Shown piece after piece: positions 1 through 8,621 of a stretch of DNA of 48,542 nucleotides. Under the pieces are notes generated by a model. That model did not search any database. It saw nothing but the letters and a program-made list of their open reading frames with translations, and was not told where the DNA came from. The translations under genes were made by a program, and so were the position numbers. Source of the stretch: a virus; the IMG/VR virus record IMGVR_UViG_3300038545_000026, positions 1 to 48,542 of that record; one strand, written 5' to 3'. How positions within the stretch are numbered: the stretch's first letter is position 1; each line of letters begins with the position of its first letter.

Positions 1-127
1 TATATACTCGTTAACCCTTATAATTATTTTTTTATCACTTTTGTTATTTTTTTATAACTTTTAACATTTCTTTAACACTTTTTAGTAATAAAATCATTAT
101 CTTTACTATGTAGTAAGGAAGTAAGTT
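1..127. repeat. Terminal direct repeat, copy 1 (identical to 48416..48542)
   Basis: Base-by-base comparison: 127/127 identical to the last 127 nt of the window. Confidence 0.95.
24..84. repeat. Three tandem ~20-bp T-tract repeats (TTATTTTTTTATMACTTTTR x2 plus a degenerate third)
   Basis: 24..43 and 44..63 differ at 3 positions. 64..84 keeps the CACTTTTT core. The same array recurs in the terminal copy. Confidence 0.7.
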
Positions 128-460
128 TATGAGGATTGAAAGCTACAAAGTAGAGTGTCCAAAACTTTAGTAGGGCATATGAAGCAGTAACCATTGAGCG
201 CATTCTGCCTGAGTAAACCTAAATAAGGAAGAAAAGAAACCAACCAGCACCAACTAGCTGTTAAAAAAGCGGATAATTTCGCAATATAAATAATTGGAGA
301 TAAAACTATGCTTTTAGTGTTAAAGTGCTTGAGAATGTTTGAAAAGCGAAAACACTGTTATAAATCGCTCCTTGCCACTCGCAGGCTTACCGTATTAACG
401 GCAAAGGGTTGCAACCTTTGGGAGCATCAAAAACAATATTAATTTTTAAAATTACTTATT

Positions 461-691
461 ATGAGAACTTTACAAATAGACTTTACAAGAATAAACAATG
501 ACATTAACGGTAATCCTAGATATGTATGTCACTTTTTAAATATTAGTGATGATTATTCAAGGGCTGTGAAATTAGCAAACAAAATAGGTGGTCGTAAATT
601 CCACAACAAACAGTATGGCGGTGGAATTGTATTTCAATCTTACAACCTTGGAAATTTACAAAATTTAATTAACGAAATTAAAGAAAACTAA
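461..691 (+). CDS. hypothetical protein (76 aa)
   Basis: First ORF of the rightward block, ATG start, no competing frame. Confidence 0.6.
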   Translation: MRTLQIDFTRINNDINGNPRYVCHFLNISDDYSRAVKLANKIGGRKFHNKQYGGGIVFQSYNLGNLQNLINEIKEN

Positions 692-720
692 ATATAATTA
701 ACCTACTTAAAACAAATCAC

Positions 721-864
721 ATGAAAACAATTACAAAATTAACAGGTACAACAAATTTATTTATTAACTCTATTACTATAGCTACTCTTGGTTTTATTGC
801 TTTTTGCTTGGTTATGGTAGTAACTAACATTGACCCGAATACAATAACTTTTGGAGGGTTTTAA
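721..864 (+). CDS. small membrane protein (47 aa)
   Basis: Hand-translated ORF MKTITKLTGTTNLFINSITIATLGFIAFCLVMVV... with one hydrophobic helix. It fills the gap between neighbours. Confidence 0.45.
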   Translation: MKTITKLTGTTNLFINSITIATLGFIAFCLVMVVTNIDPNTITFGGF

Positions 865-866
865 TT

Positions 867-1151
867 ATGAAAACTATAAATTTAAAAGAGTCTAATTTAG
901 TACAGATTAAAGCATTTTTTGAAACTAAATGTAGAAATAATGACATTCAAGGGTCTAAACTTGAGGCTTTATATAATTTAATTCAAAAAAAAGGAGAAGT
1001 TATGAAAATAAACAAGCCTCATAAATTCGAAGGCTTAAAAGCTTTAAATATAGGTGATGGATTTTTTATTTCATTAAAACACACGCCTATTAAAAAAGAT
1101 AGCTTCTTTCCTTGTAAATTAGACCAGTTGTACATGCAAGAGTTAAAATAA
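867..1151 (+). CDS. hypothetical protein (94 aa)
   Basis: ORF track, tightly packed with neighbours. Confidence 0.6.
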   Translation: MKTINLKESNLVQIKAFFETKCRNNDIQGSKLEALYNLIQKKGEVMKINKPHKFEGLKALNIGDGFFISLKHTPIKKDSFFPCKLDQLYMQELK

Positions 1152-1158
1152 AAATTCA

Positions 1159-1368
1159 ATGACAAAAGGCACAATGTTTATCAAGAAAGAAAAGAAAGGG
1201 TTTACGCATTTTGTAGACCCTTCAAATAATAAAACTTTTGCTTTCATTGGGCGGAACTCTGGAGGCTATTTCTTCGCCTTTGGAACTCCTACGCAAAAAG
1301 GCGGATATATCGCTTTCAATGTAAAGACAAAAGAAGAAGCAGAAAACAGAATTTTAAACAGTAACTAA
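1159..1368 (+). CDS. hypothetical protein (69 aa)
   Basis: ORF track, tight spacing. Confidence 0.6.
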   Translation: MTKGTMFIKKEKKGFTHFVDPSNNKTFAFIGRNSGGYFFAFGTPTQKGGYIAFNVKTKEEAENRILNSN

Positions 1369-1369
1369 C

Positions 1370-1564
1370 ATGAAATCAATAAAAATAAAAGCAACGCCAA
1401 ATTTTTCGAAAAGAACTTTTACTATCAGAAAATACTTCAAAAATGAACTTTTAGTAAAATACAGAACATCAAAAATGACTAAAGAAGAATTTGAATCAGA
1501 AGAAATGAACACCCAAAAAGATTGGGAGAATTTTTTAAGATATGGAGACTATTATAAGTGCTAA
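1370..1564 (+). CDS. hypothetical protein (64 aa)
   Basis: ORF track, starts 2 nt after the previous stop. Confidence 0.6.
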   Translation: MKSIKIKATPNFSKRTFTIRKYFKNELLVKYRTSKMTKEEFESEEMNTQKDWENFLRYGDYYKC

Positions 1565-1645
1565 AAAACATTAAATACTAATTAATAGCAAATATTTAGA
1601 TTTAATTATACCGCTTAGTGTTTTACATTGGGCGGTTTTAAAACA

Positions 1646-1787
1646 CTCGGCAGACATCATAAATATTTATGGTAATGTGGGAACTCCTTTCGAGGAGGTC
1701 GTAAAGCGACCTAAGAACAAAAATAAAGTGATGTAACCTAGAAATAGGAAATGCGGTAAAATGCAGGTTCAACTCCTGCTGTCGAGA
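1646..1787 (+). ncRNA. tRNA-shaped structured RNA lacking an anticodon loop (candidate tRNA-like ncRNA)
   Basis: 7-bp acceptor-like stem 1646..1652/1780..1786. Adjacent GCAGG-TTCAACT-CCTGC arm (1763..1779) matches the T-arm consensus. Internal hairpins carry UUCG (1684..1697) and GAAA (1737..1748) tetraloops. The interval is ORF-free. Confidence 0.4.
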
Positions 1788-1808
1788 CAAAATTAAAACA
1801 ACAAAATT

Positions 1809-2135
1809 ATGACCTCACAAGAAGCAAAAACAAAACTAATTGCGCTCATTGTAAAAAATGGTGTAAATATACCTAGCTATCAAAACAGAGAGTTAGAGCA
1901 TTCACATAATAAATACGGTTCATGGTCATTGGATTTTGTGTTGAAATATGATGCTTATAAAAAGAATTATGTTTCTGCTACACATTTAAATCCAGAAGAA
2001 TATGACTTTGTTTTAAGTATTGAAGATGTTGAAGAAATTGAAGTGTATGTTAACAATGACCAGATTTTGCTCAATGACAAGGATTTAACAGAAATAGAGG
2101 AAGCAATATTAATTGCTTGTAATAAAGAATTATAA
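1809..2135 (+). CDS. hypothetical protein (108 aa)
   Basis: ORF track. Confidence 0.65.
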   Translation: MTSQEAKTKLIALIVKNGVNIPSYQNRELEHSHNKYGSWSLDFVLKYDAYKKNYVSATHLNPEEYDFVLSIEDVEEIEVYVNNDQILLNDKDLTEIEEAILIACNKEL

Positions 2136-2138
2136 CCA

Positions 2139-2447
2139 ATGGAAAAGAAAATACTAACAAAAAGACTAAAAAGAATTGAGATTGAGAAAGAGTTGAAATC
2201 TCATATAAAAGACGAGCTTTTGCCCAATGCTTTAAACGATATAGACTTGCATGTAAATAATTCTAACTTTAAAATTGAAGCATTTACAAAGGGAGACCCA
2301 ACGATAAAAAATATGATTCTAAATAAGTACTTTAGGTCAGAAGAGAACTTTAATAATTTTGTATCTTGGTTTGAAGCTATCATTGACCGACCAATGACAG
2401 ACGAAGAAAAACAAAGAGCAAGAAATAATTCAATAACTAAATTTTAA
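2139..2447 (+). CDS. hypothetical protein (102 aa)
   Basis: ORF track. Confidence 0.65.
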   Translation: MEKKILTKRLKRIEIEKELKSHIKDELLPNALNDIDLHVNNSNFKIEAFTKGDPTIKNMILNKYFRSEENFNNFVSWFEAIIDRPMTDEEKQRARNNSITKF

Positions 2448-2451
2448 TATT

Positions 2452-2643
2452 ATGTTAATAACAGGAAAAATGCAACACGACGCAACAGAAGATGAAAGGC
2501 TAGATAAAGAAATGGAAGATGAAATATTTGAACAAAAAAAGCACCTTTCAAAATACATTGATAACATAAATAGCTTACTAGGAAAATCTAGGTCTAAAGA
2601 AGTTAGAAAATCAATGATTCAATTTTTAGTAGAATCTTTATAA
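2452..2643 (+). CDS. hypothetical protein (63 aa)
   Basis: ORF track. Confidence 0.6.
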   Translation: MLITGKMQHDATEDERLDKEMEDEIFEQKKHLSKYIDNINSLLGKSRSKEVRKSMIQFLVESL

Positions 2644-2654
2644 AAAACCGCCCA

Positions 2655-2756
2655 ATGAAAGAACCCAAATTATTAAACACCTACCAAAAAATATTAATAC
2701 TGTTAGCTACTATTATAGCTACTGCATTACTTTTAATTAATTTAAATCACTTTTAA
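2655..2756 (+). CDS. small membrane protein (33 aa)
   Basis: Hand-translated MKEPKLLNTYQKILILLATIIATALLLINLNHF with a single TM helix. Confidence 0.4.
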   Translation: MKEPKLLNTYQKILILLATIIATALLLINLNHF

Positions 2757-2766
2757 AATATAACCA

Positions 2767-3012
2767 ATGAGCGAAATCATATACCTTAAAAAAGTCTGGA
2801 ATCTAGGTTCTGAATCCTTTCAAAAAATCATAAAAAATGTTGGGATATTGAATGTTGATGAAACACTAGGTATTTCAACTAAAAAAGATGTAGAAACAGA
2901 TTCTATTTTAAACATAGCATTAAATCAAGGCTATAAAAAAACCACCAAAGAAGAATTTGACAAGGCTTACATAGAAGTGGTCAATGAAATTAATGAACTT
3001 TCAAAACTTTAA
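2767..3012 (+). CDS. hypothetical protein (81 aa)
   Basis: ORF track. Confidence 0.6.
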   Translation: MSEIIYLKKVWNLGSESFQKIIKNVGILNVDETLGISTKKDVETDSILNIALNQGYKKTTKEEFDKAYIEVVNEINELSKL

Positions 3013-3017
3013 ATACA

Positions 3018-3686
3018 ATGAGCGAAAATAATTTACCAGCAATAACAAAAGAAGAATTAACAAAAGCAAACGACAATATGCTTAACGCTGACCAGCTTGG
3101 TTTTCTTCTTAAAAAAACACCAAAAAATCATGTCTACCAAAGACCAGGAAAAGGTGGCGCAACATGGAATTATGTAACAGGAACTTATGTAAAAAAAGTG
3201 CTTAACTTAATGTTTGGATGGGATTGGTCGTTTGAAGTTGTGGAGCATAAATTTGACTTAGTAATTGGTCAAGCTTACGTTTTAGGAAAGCTAACGGTTA
3301 ATAGTCAAGGTAAAAGCATAGTTAAAATGCAATTTGGTAGAGTTGATATAAAGTTTAAAAGACAAACAAGTCAGCAAATTCAAAACAATGAGTCAAAGTT
3401 GCCATTGGACATAGGAAATGACTTAAAAGCAGCAACAACAGACGCATTGAAAAAATGTGCCGCAGAACTCGGTATTGCTTCAGACGTTTACTCTCCTAAT
3501 GAGTTTAAAGAAATTCAAATCTTAAAAGACGAGAATCCGACTATTGACCCTGAAGAAGAAAGAATCAAATCGACCCTTGAAAACATTACAACCCAAGAAG
3601 AACTAGAAAACATCAGACCTCAAATAACTGAAAAATACCTACCGCTTTTTAAAGAAGCTCAAAAACGAATTAATAAAAAACAATAA
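3018..3686 (+). CDS. Rad52/Sak-like single-strand annealing protein
   Basis: GATWNYVTGTYV...FGWDWSFEV and KKCAAELGIASDVY resemble the Rad52/22 annealase core. Sits next to an exonuclease-like gene. Confidence 0.7.
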   Translation: MSENNLPAITKEELTKANDNMLNADQLGFLLKKTPKNHVYQRPGKGGATWNYVTGTYVKKVLNLMFGWDWSFEVVEHKFDLVIGQAYVLGKLTVNSQGKSIVKMQFGRVDIKFKRQTSQQIQNNESKLPLDIGNDLKAATTDALKKCAAELGIASDVYSPNEFKEIQILKDENPTIDPEEERIKSTLENITTQEELENIRPQITEKYLPLFKEAQKRINKKQ

Positions 3687-3688
3687 CC

Positions 3689-4711
3689 ATGAACTTCGAT
3701 AATTTCTTATTTAGAGCCTCACAAGCGCATTTTCTTACCGTTGGTAATATTGGATTAAACAATGAGCAAAAAGAGAGAAAGAAAGAGCTTGAATTAAGAA
3801 AAACCACATACTATTCTCTTACTGAAAAACAAGAAAAAACAGTTAAAGAATATACTGCTAAAGAAAACACTTTAACTGAGAAGCAAAAAAAAGAACTTAA
3901 TAGACTTAAGGAGAAAAAGAAAACACTTATCGGTTTAACACCTACCATGACTGAAGAGTTAAATGATTTAGCTTATATAGACGAAACACAGCCGTTGCCA
4001 AAAACGATGCAAACAGAATTACGAAAAATATACAGATCAACAAAGTATAATCGTAAATTCTTGTTTACTAACAAATATGTTCAGAAAGGAATTTCACAAG
4101 AAGAAGAAAGCTTTACCACATACCAACAATGGCTTAAAAAAGTTAAAGGAATTGATTTCCTACTTTTAAATAACAAGGTTAGAATTGAAAATGATTTCTT
4201 TACTGGCGAAACAGATTGCAATGAGCACTTCTACAACAAATTTGGTTGGGGATTTGACATAAAGACTTCTTGGTCAATAGAAACTTTTCCTTTTAAAGAA
4301 GACAAACTTGACGATAATTATTTTTGGCAAAACCAAGTTTATATGAATCTAACTGGAATCAAAAAATGGAAAACTGTTTACGTTCTGGTCAATGCTACTG
4401 AAGACGCGCTTCATAAAGAAAAAATGAAATACTTCTACGCTTACGAAATGCATCAAAGCGAAAGAAACGAAGAAAAATACAAAGAAGTTTGTCGTGATCT
4501 TGAAAAACTTCACATCGTTGATTATGATAGATTTGTTTTTCTTAATCCAGGACATGAACTAGAAATAACTCGTGATGAATGGCATGGTAACAATTGGGAC
4601 ATTCCGCTCATTGACCGAGTTCTCGAAAAAGAATTACAATACAGCGAATCAAAAATAAACTTCCTAAAAAACAGAGTGAAAATTGCTCGTGAGGAATTGA
4701 ATAGAATTTGA
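3689..4711 (+). CDS. PD-(D/E)XK (YqaJ/lambda-Exo-like) recombination exonuclease candidate with a coiled-coil N-terminus
   Basis: GETD...GFDIKTSW fits a D...(D/E)xK nuclease motif. Immediately downstream of the annealase. Confidence 0.55.
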   Translation: MNFDNFLFRASQAHFLTVGNIGLNNEQKERKKELELRKTTYYSLTEKQEKTVKEYTAKENTLTEKQKKELNRLKEKKKTLIGLTPTMTEELNDLAYIDETQPLPKTMQTELRKIYRSTKYNRKFLFTNKYVQKGISQEEESFTTYQQWLKKVKGIDFLLLNNKVRIENDFFTGETDCNEHFYNKFGWGFDIKTSWSIETFPFKEDKLDDNYFWQNQVYMNLTGIKKWKTVYVLVNATEDALHKEKMKYFYAYEMHQSERNEEKYKEVCRDLEKLHIVDYDRFVFLNPGHELEITRDEWHGNNWDIPLIDRVLEKELQYSESKINFLKNRVKIAREELNRI

Positions 4712-4732
4712 TTACGTCCCTCGGTGGGCTAT

Positions 4733-4800
4733 TCTACCTAACGGTATGTATATGCACCGTATGAGGTACGAATATGGGGTATATATGATGTTACCCAAAG
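4733..4800. repeat. Intergenic imperfect palindromic element (family member A)
   Basis: CTACCTAACGG arm, ACGGT/ACCGT and GGGTA/TACCC hairpins, TATATGATGTTACCC arm. Confidence 0.55.
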
Positions 4801-4831
4801 TACGGATTATTAATTACAAAACTTAAATAGA

Positions 4832-5257
4832 ATGACAAAATTAGAGAATTACTTAGAAGATGGTGCTAACTACCAAGCAAGAGCAACTTTAATGTTTTTA
4901 CAAAGAGATGCTGATATTGAAGAAAGTTGGAATGATGAATGGAAAAGATACGATGCAGAAATACAAGTTGCTCGTTGGGAAAATTGCAGAGAGCAAGGTT
5001 ATGTAGTAAGCCTTAGAAACAAAAAGCGTGAGCAGTTAAATATCGCATTTTTTGAACACAGAAACTCGGATAGTATTTGTGCTGTAAAATGGCAACAAGA
5101 AAGCATGAACACACTAACCATTGACAATGCAAAATTTGGCGATGTGTATAAAGACAAATACGATACTTCACATTCTGTTGGTTATGGGAAGGCTTATGAA
5201 ATGGCTGAATGGATTATTGAACAACTTAGAGAACATTGGATAAAAGCACAGTCGTAG
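4832..5257 (+). CDS. hypothetical protein (141 aa)
   Basis: ORF track. Confidence 0.65.
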   Translation: MTKLENYLEDGANYQARATLMFLQRDADIEESWNDEWKRYDAEIQVARWENCREQGYVVSLRNKKREQLNIAFFEHRNSDSICAVKWQQESMNTLTIDNAKFGDVYKDKYDTSHSVGYGKAYEMAEWIIEQLREHWIKAQS

Positions 5258-5259
5258 TA

Positions 5260-5444
5260 TTGTGGGTAACGGGCAGCGTGTAAGGTTCGTGGATGCGCAG
5301 CATACACATTAGAACCGTTTGAGCTGCGCATCTATAAGCTTTAAACATTGTTAGCTATCTGTAGCCCAGCGATTAGAAATGAACAAAATAAATATTAACA
5401 GACGATTGCCGATGCGTAGCCATACGTTGACCGTTAGCCTACAA
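5260..5444. repeat. Composite intergenic palindromic element (family members B/C)
   Basis: TTGTGGGTAACGG (5260..5272) is inverted at CCGTTAGCCTACAA (5431..5444). Perfect 10-bp stem GATGCGCAGC/GCTGCGCATC (5292..5301 / 5323..5332). CATTGTTAGCTATCTG arm at 5346..5361. Confidence 0.65.
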
Positions 5445-5471
5445 TAAGCAATCTTTTAAACTATTAAAATT

Positions 5472-5597
5472 ATGAAATTTGATGATTGTGAACACAACTA
5501 TGGAACATACACTTGTTTTGAATCAGGTTATGAAAGGTGTAAAGCTTGTGGTGTTGTAATGAACGCTAGTAAAGAAGAATTTTATTCTGATGAATAA
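5472..5597 (+). CDS. small 4-Cys protein (41 aa), zinc-ribbon-like
   Basis: Hand-translated MKFDDCEHNYGTYTCFESGYERCKACGVVMNASKEEFYSDE. Confidence 0.4.
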   Translation: MKFDDCEHNYGTYTCFESGYERCKACGVVMNASKEEFYSDE

Positions 5598-5649
5598 TGC
5601 AAAAATGCAGTAATAATTTTACTGGTTTGATTGCGTGCCTCGATGGATA

Positions 5650-5711
5650 TTGTAGGCTAACTGTTTGTATAACCATCCGTTTTAATGGTGGTTATACGTT
5701 GTTAACTACTG
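5650..5711. repeat. Intergenic palindromic element (family member D)
   Basis: TTGTAGGCTAACTG arm, stem GTATAACCATC/GGTGGTTATAC (5667..5677 / 5687..5697), ATACGTTGTTAACTACTG arm. Confidence 0.65.
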
Positions 5712-5793
5712 TTATTTTTGTGCGGTGGCAAATTAATTTTGATAAAAATTAAAATATTTCTTTAAAATAGTTGTGTATATCATATATATAATA

Positions 5794-5801
5794 TATATTT
5801 G
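5794..5801 (+). promoter_or_regulatory. Bacteroidota-type -7 box TATATTTG (TAnnTTTG)
   Basis: Exact consensus, TTG about 23 nt upstream, 40 nt before the ATG at 5841. Confidence 0.45.
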
Positions 5802-5840
5802 TACTGTTGCAATGAAGCAATAACCTTAAACCTTTTAATT

Positions 5841-6065
5841 ATGAATACTTTAAACAACATAGTAGAAATGAACTTAACTCAAAGAGAAATAAACATTATA
5901 GCTTTTGAAGCCGAAGGTGTTAATCCTTACGATGCTAATATGATGGATGAGTTTTCTGTAAACACTTTTCATAGAATAATGAAAGCGTCTACCACTATAT
6001 TAAGCCCTTCTTATGTGGTTAGAAGATGTTATTTTCTTGTTAACGGTAAAAAATTATCAAACTAA
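5841..6065 (+). CDS. hypothetical protein (74 aa; start moved to the internal ATG downstream of the promoter box)
   Basis: The track ORF 5799..6065 would begin inside the -7 box. The MNTLNN start lies 40 nt downstream of it. Confidence 0.55.
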   Translation: MNTLNNIVEMNLTQREINIIAFEAEGVNPYDANMMDEFSVNTFHRIMKASTTILSPSYVVRRCYFLVNGKKLSN

Positions 6066-6235
6066 TGAACGATACACAAATAGAAACTTTAAACTGGTAT
6101 AAAAAAAACAGTTCAAAGTTTAAGAACATAGAATTTAAAATAACCTTAAAAGATGGTACTTTGAAGATAGTTACTAAAACCCATATTTATATAATGGGTA
6201 AAAGAGGCGGATTAATAAACATAGAAATACGATAA
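6065..6235 (+). CDS. hypothetical protein (56 aa)
   Basis: Hand-translated, TAATG overlap with the upstream gene. Confidence 0.5.
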   Translation: MNDTQIETLNWYKKNSSKFKNIEFKITLKDGTLKIVTKTHIYIMGKRGGLINIEIR

Positions 6236-6237
6236 TT

Positions 6238-6411
6238 ATGGACTTTTTAAATATGAATTTACCACCAGAGGATGAAAACAGTAACAAGTTTCCAAAATTA
6301 GATACTTGGTTTTATTTTATGAATGAGCAAATGGAAGAACTTGAAAAAGTACAACAAAAAGGTAGGATAAACTCATTGCTTTTTGATAATGATATAGATT
6401 TAATAGAATGA
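6238..6411 (+). CDS. hypothetical protein (57 aa)
   Basis: Hand-translated, ATGA overlap with the next ORF. Confidence 0.5.
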   Translation: MDFLNMNLPPEDENSNKFPKLDTWFYFMNEQMEELEKVQQKGRINSLLFDNDIDLIE

Positions 6412-6554
6412 GAAAACTAATAGACATAAAAGAAAAAGACATTGAACCATTAAAGATAATGGCAGTTAAGTCAAATAAAGACCTTAAAAACTACATTCAA
6501 GACGTTTTGAGTGAGCACGTTCTGCTTGGTGGCAAAAAAAATAATTGTAGTTAA
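6408..6554 (+). CDS. small protein (48 aa), possibly ribbon-helix-helix-like
   Basis: Hand-translated MRKLIDIKEKDIEPLKIMAVKSNKDLKNYIQDVLSEHVLLGG... The strand-helix-helix pattern is only suggestive. Confidence 0.4.
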   Translation: MRKLIDIKEKDIEPLKIMAVKSNKDLKNYIQDVLSEHVLLGGKKNNCS

Positions 6555-6635
6555 CGTTGAGCGTATGAAACGTAGCGTTTAGAAAGCACAAACTTTGAAT
6601 TAAACATTAACATTAATAATTAAATATTTTTTTAA

Positions 6636-6863
6636 ATGAAAACACAAGAAAGAGTTATATTAAATAGTGGAATTGTAGAAGAGAAAGGTTTTGAATGTGG
6701 CAATACGAATTGGTATTATAATGGTGAATTAAACCTTATTTTATGGTGTTGGGATACTTGGACTTTAGAAAGACCGCCTAAAAGCGCAGATGAAAGAGCG
6801 AAAGTAATAAAAGATAAAATTAGATATGTTGATGAGTTGGAAGATGTTTTAAAAAATATTTAA
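6636..6863 (+). CDS. hypothetical protein (75 aa)
   Basis: ORF track. Confidence 0.6.
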   Translation: MKTQERVILNSGIVEEKGFECGNTNWYYNGELNLILWCWDTWTLERPPKSADERAKVIKDKIRYVDELEDVLKNI

Positions 6864-7110
6864 TTATGGGTAAGTACACACGAAATAGATGGTTAAGCTC
6901 TTATGTAGCTATGTTTTATACGCATTGTTGTAAACCGCAGGGAACTGTTAATTTAAAACATTAAGAATGAAAGAACCAAAGCAGATAAGCGATAGAATAA
7001 AAGACCTTAAAAAAATTAAAAAAGAGTTTGACGAAGAGCCAATAACTAATAGACAGGAAATTAAAATACTTAATGACCGGATAAAGACTCTTGAATGGGT
7101 TTTAAATTAA

Positions 7111-7213
7111 TTGTTTACAACGGACGAGTGTATAGCAAGTAAGCCACGCGCTAAACTTTGAATTGAAATAATAACTTAATTGGCTTATTTGCTATACATA
7201 TTGTTAGCAACTG
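7111..7213. repeat. Intergenic long imperfect hairpin (family member G)
   Basis: TTGTTTACAACGG arm. A 19-nt stem GTGTATAGCAAGTAAGCCA (7128..7146) pairs with TGGCTTATTTGCTATACAT (7181..7199). TATACATATTGTTAGCAACTG arm. Confidence 0.7.
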
Positions 7214-7236
7214 GGCGGTTTTAAAACGAGAATATT

Positions 7237-7530
7237 ATGATGTACGCAAGTAAAATAGAAATAAAGTACGAACCACAAAAGGTTAGATACCAACGTGAAG
7301 TAGAGCTACCCGATAGGCTACTAACACTTGAAGATATAGGTAAACACCTAAAAGAAGGTGAGAAGTTTGGTTTCTTCCAAAGAGAAGAAGGAAGGCTTGG
7401 ACTACCTGTTGACTACATAAGCATACATGGGTACAGAGATGAAACCAAAGAAGAAGTAGATATAAGGGTAGCGAAAGCGGAGGAGTACAATGAAAACTAT
7501 GAAAAGTTTCATGCGAAGTACAGAAAGTAG
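7237..7530 (+). CDS. hypothetical protein (97 aa)
   Basis: ORF track. Confidence 0.65.
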   Translation: MMYASKIEIKYEPQKVRYQREVELPDRLLTLEDIGKHLKEGEKFGFFQREEGRLGLPVDYISIHGYRDETKEEVDIRVAKAEEYNENYEKFHAKYRK

Positions 7531-7532
7531 CC

Positions 7533-7674
7533 TTGTTGCTAACGGAAAAGTATATGAAAAGTAGGGGATTAAAAGTAAGTGACGTTTATTGTGGCGATAA
7601 TTTTGCAGACGTGCAGATAGCTCCGATTCTCAATAAATTACCCCCTATTTTTTATATACATTGTTACCTATCTG
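7533..7674. repeat. Intergenic palindromic element (family member H)
   Basis: TTGTTGCTAACGG (7533..7545) and ATATACATTGTTACCTATCTG (7654..7674), followed by TTAAAAACCGCC. Confidence 0.6.
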
Positions 7675-7728
7675 TAATTTTTAAAAACCGCCTGCGTGAG
7701 GTACGAGGGCAAATAAAACACAAAGAGA

Positions 7729-8439
7729 ATGAAATATATGGGAAGTAAAAATAGGTTTGCAAAGTATTTGTTACCTATAATTTTAAAAGACAGAAAGCCA
7801 AATCAATGGTATGTAGAGCCCTTTGTTGGTGGATGTAATATGATTGATAAAGTACAGGGTCATAGAATTGGTGCTGATGCAAATAAATATCTTATTGCTA
7901 TGTGGAAAGGATTGCAAGAGGATTTAAAAAGACCTTTGGAAATACCAAGAGAATTACACGCAGAAGCAAGGACTGAATATAATAACAGACAAAGCAATAA
8001 ATTTACAGATTTTGAAATTGGTTGGATTGGCTTTATGGCTTCTTTTAATGGTAGATTTTTTGGTGGTGGATATTCTGGAAAGCATAAAAATAGAGATTAT
8101 GTAAACGAGCAAATAAGAAACACAACTAAACAAATACCATTAATAAAAACAGTTGATTTTTACGATTGCGAATACCAAGATTTAGATATACCAAGTGAAA
8201 GTATAATTTATTGTGATATACCATATCAAGGAACAAAAGTATATGATAGTAAATTAGTTTTTGATTACCCTAACTTTTGGCAATGGTGTAGAGATATGAC
8301 AAAACAAGGACATAAAGTATTTATTTCAGAATACAATGCTCCAGAAGATTTTAAATGCTTATGGGAAAAAGAAACTAAAGTATCTATAAGACCTACAAAA
8401 ACATTAATTCAAACCGAAAAGTTATTCACGTATGAGTGA
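7729..8439 (+). CDS. dam: N6-adenine DNA methyltransferase, Dam/D12 class
   Basis: YMGSKNRF...EPFVGG (motif I) and CDIPYQG (DPPY-type motif IV), about 236 aa like T4/E. coli Dam. Confidence 0.85.
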   Translation: MKYMGSKNRFAKYLLPIILKDRKPNQWYVEPFVGGCNMIDKVQGHRIGADANKYLIAMWKGLQEDLKRPLEIPRELHAEARTEYNNRQSNKFTDFEIGWIGFMASFNGRFFGGGYSGKHKNRDYVNEQIRNTTKQIPLIKTVDFYDCEYQDLDIPSESIIYCDIPYQGTKVYDSKLVFDYPNFWQWCRDMTKQGHKVFISEYNAPEDFKCLWEKETKVSIRPTKTLIQTEKLFTYE

Positions 8440-8459
8440 GTGGCGGTTTTTAAAAATTA

Positions 8460-8597
8460 TTGTAGGTAACGGTTTGTATATGATTTTGTAGGCATAGACA
8501 AACGGATAATTTACGATTAACACCTACTTAAAAGACAAGAATTAAACATTGAAATATTAACCAACCGCCTATAAATTATATACTTTGTTATATGTAG
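8460..8597. repeat. Intergenic palindromic element (family member I)
   Basis: TTGTAGGTAACGG arm, CGGTTTGTATATG/CATAGACAAACGG stem, TATACTTTGTTATATGTAG arm. Confidence 0.6.
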
Positions 8598-8621
8598 TGC
8601 GGTTTTAAAAGACAAAATCTT

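Noticed and set aside
5586-5592. CTGATGA, the hammerhead ribozyme core box, near a TGCA-AAAA-TGCA hairpin
   Set aside because: There is no downstream GAAA box or stem III/cleavage-site arrangement. The heptamer is just the end of the 5472..5597 micro-ORF (..SDE stop).
6966-7109. Apparent 47-codon ORF (MKEPKQISDRIKDLKK...)
   Set aside because: Careful codon counting shows that an A7-TT-A7 run puts a TGA in frame at 7029..7031. The rest is in another frame. It is too short and ambiguous to call, and could be a homopolymer error.
7533-7748. Track ORF of 71 aa between 7530 and the Dam gene
   Set aside because: It runs straight through a palindromic intergenic element (arms at 7533 and 7654) and the CCGCC box, and it overlaps the Dam start. 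It is more likely non-coding.
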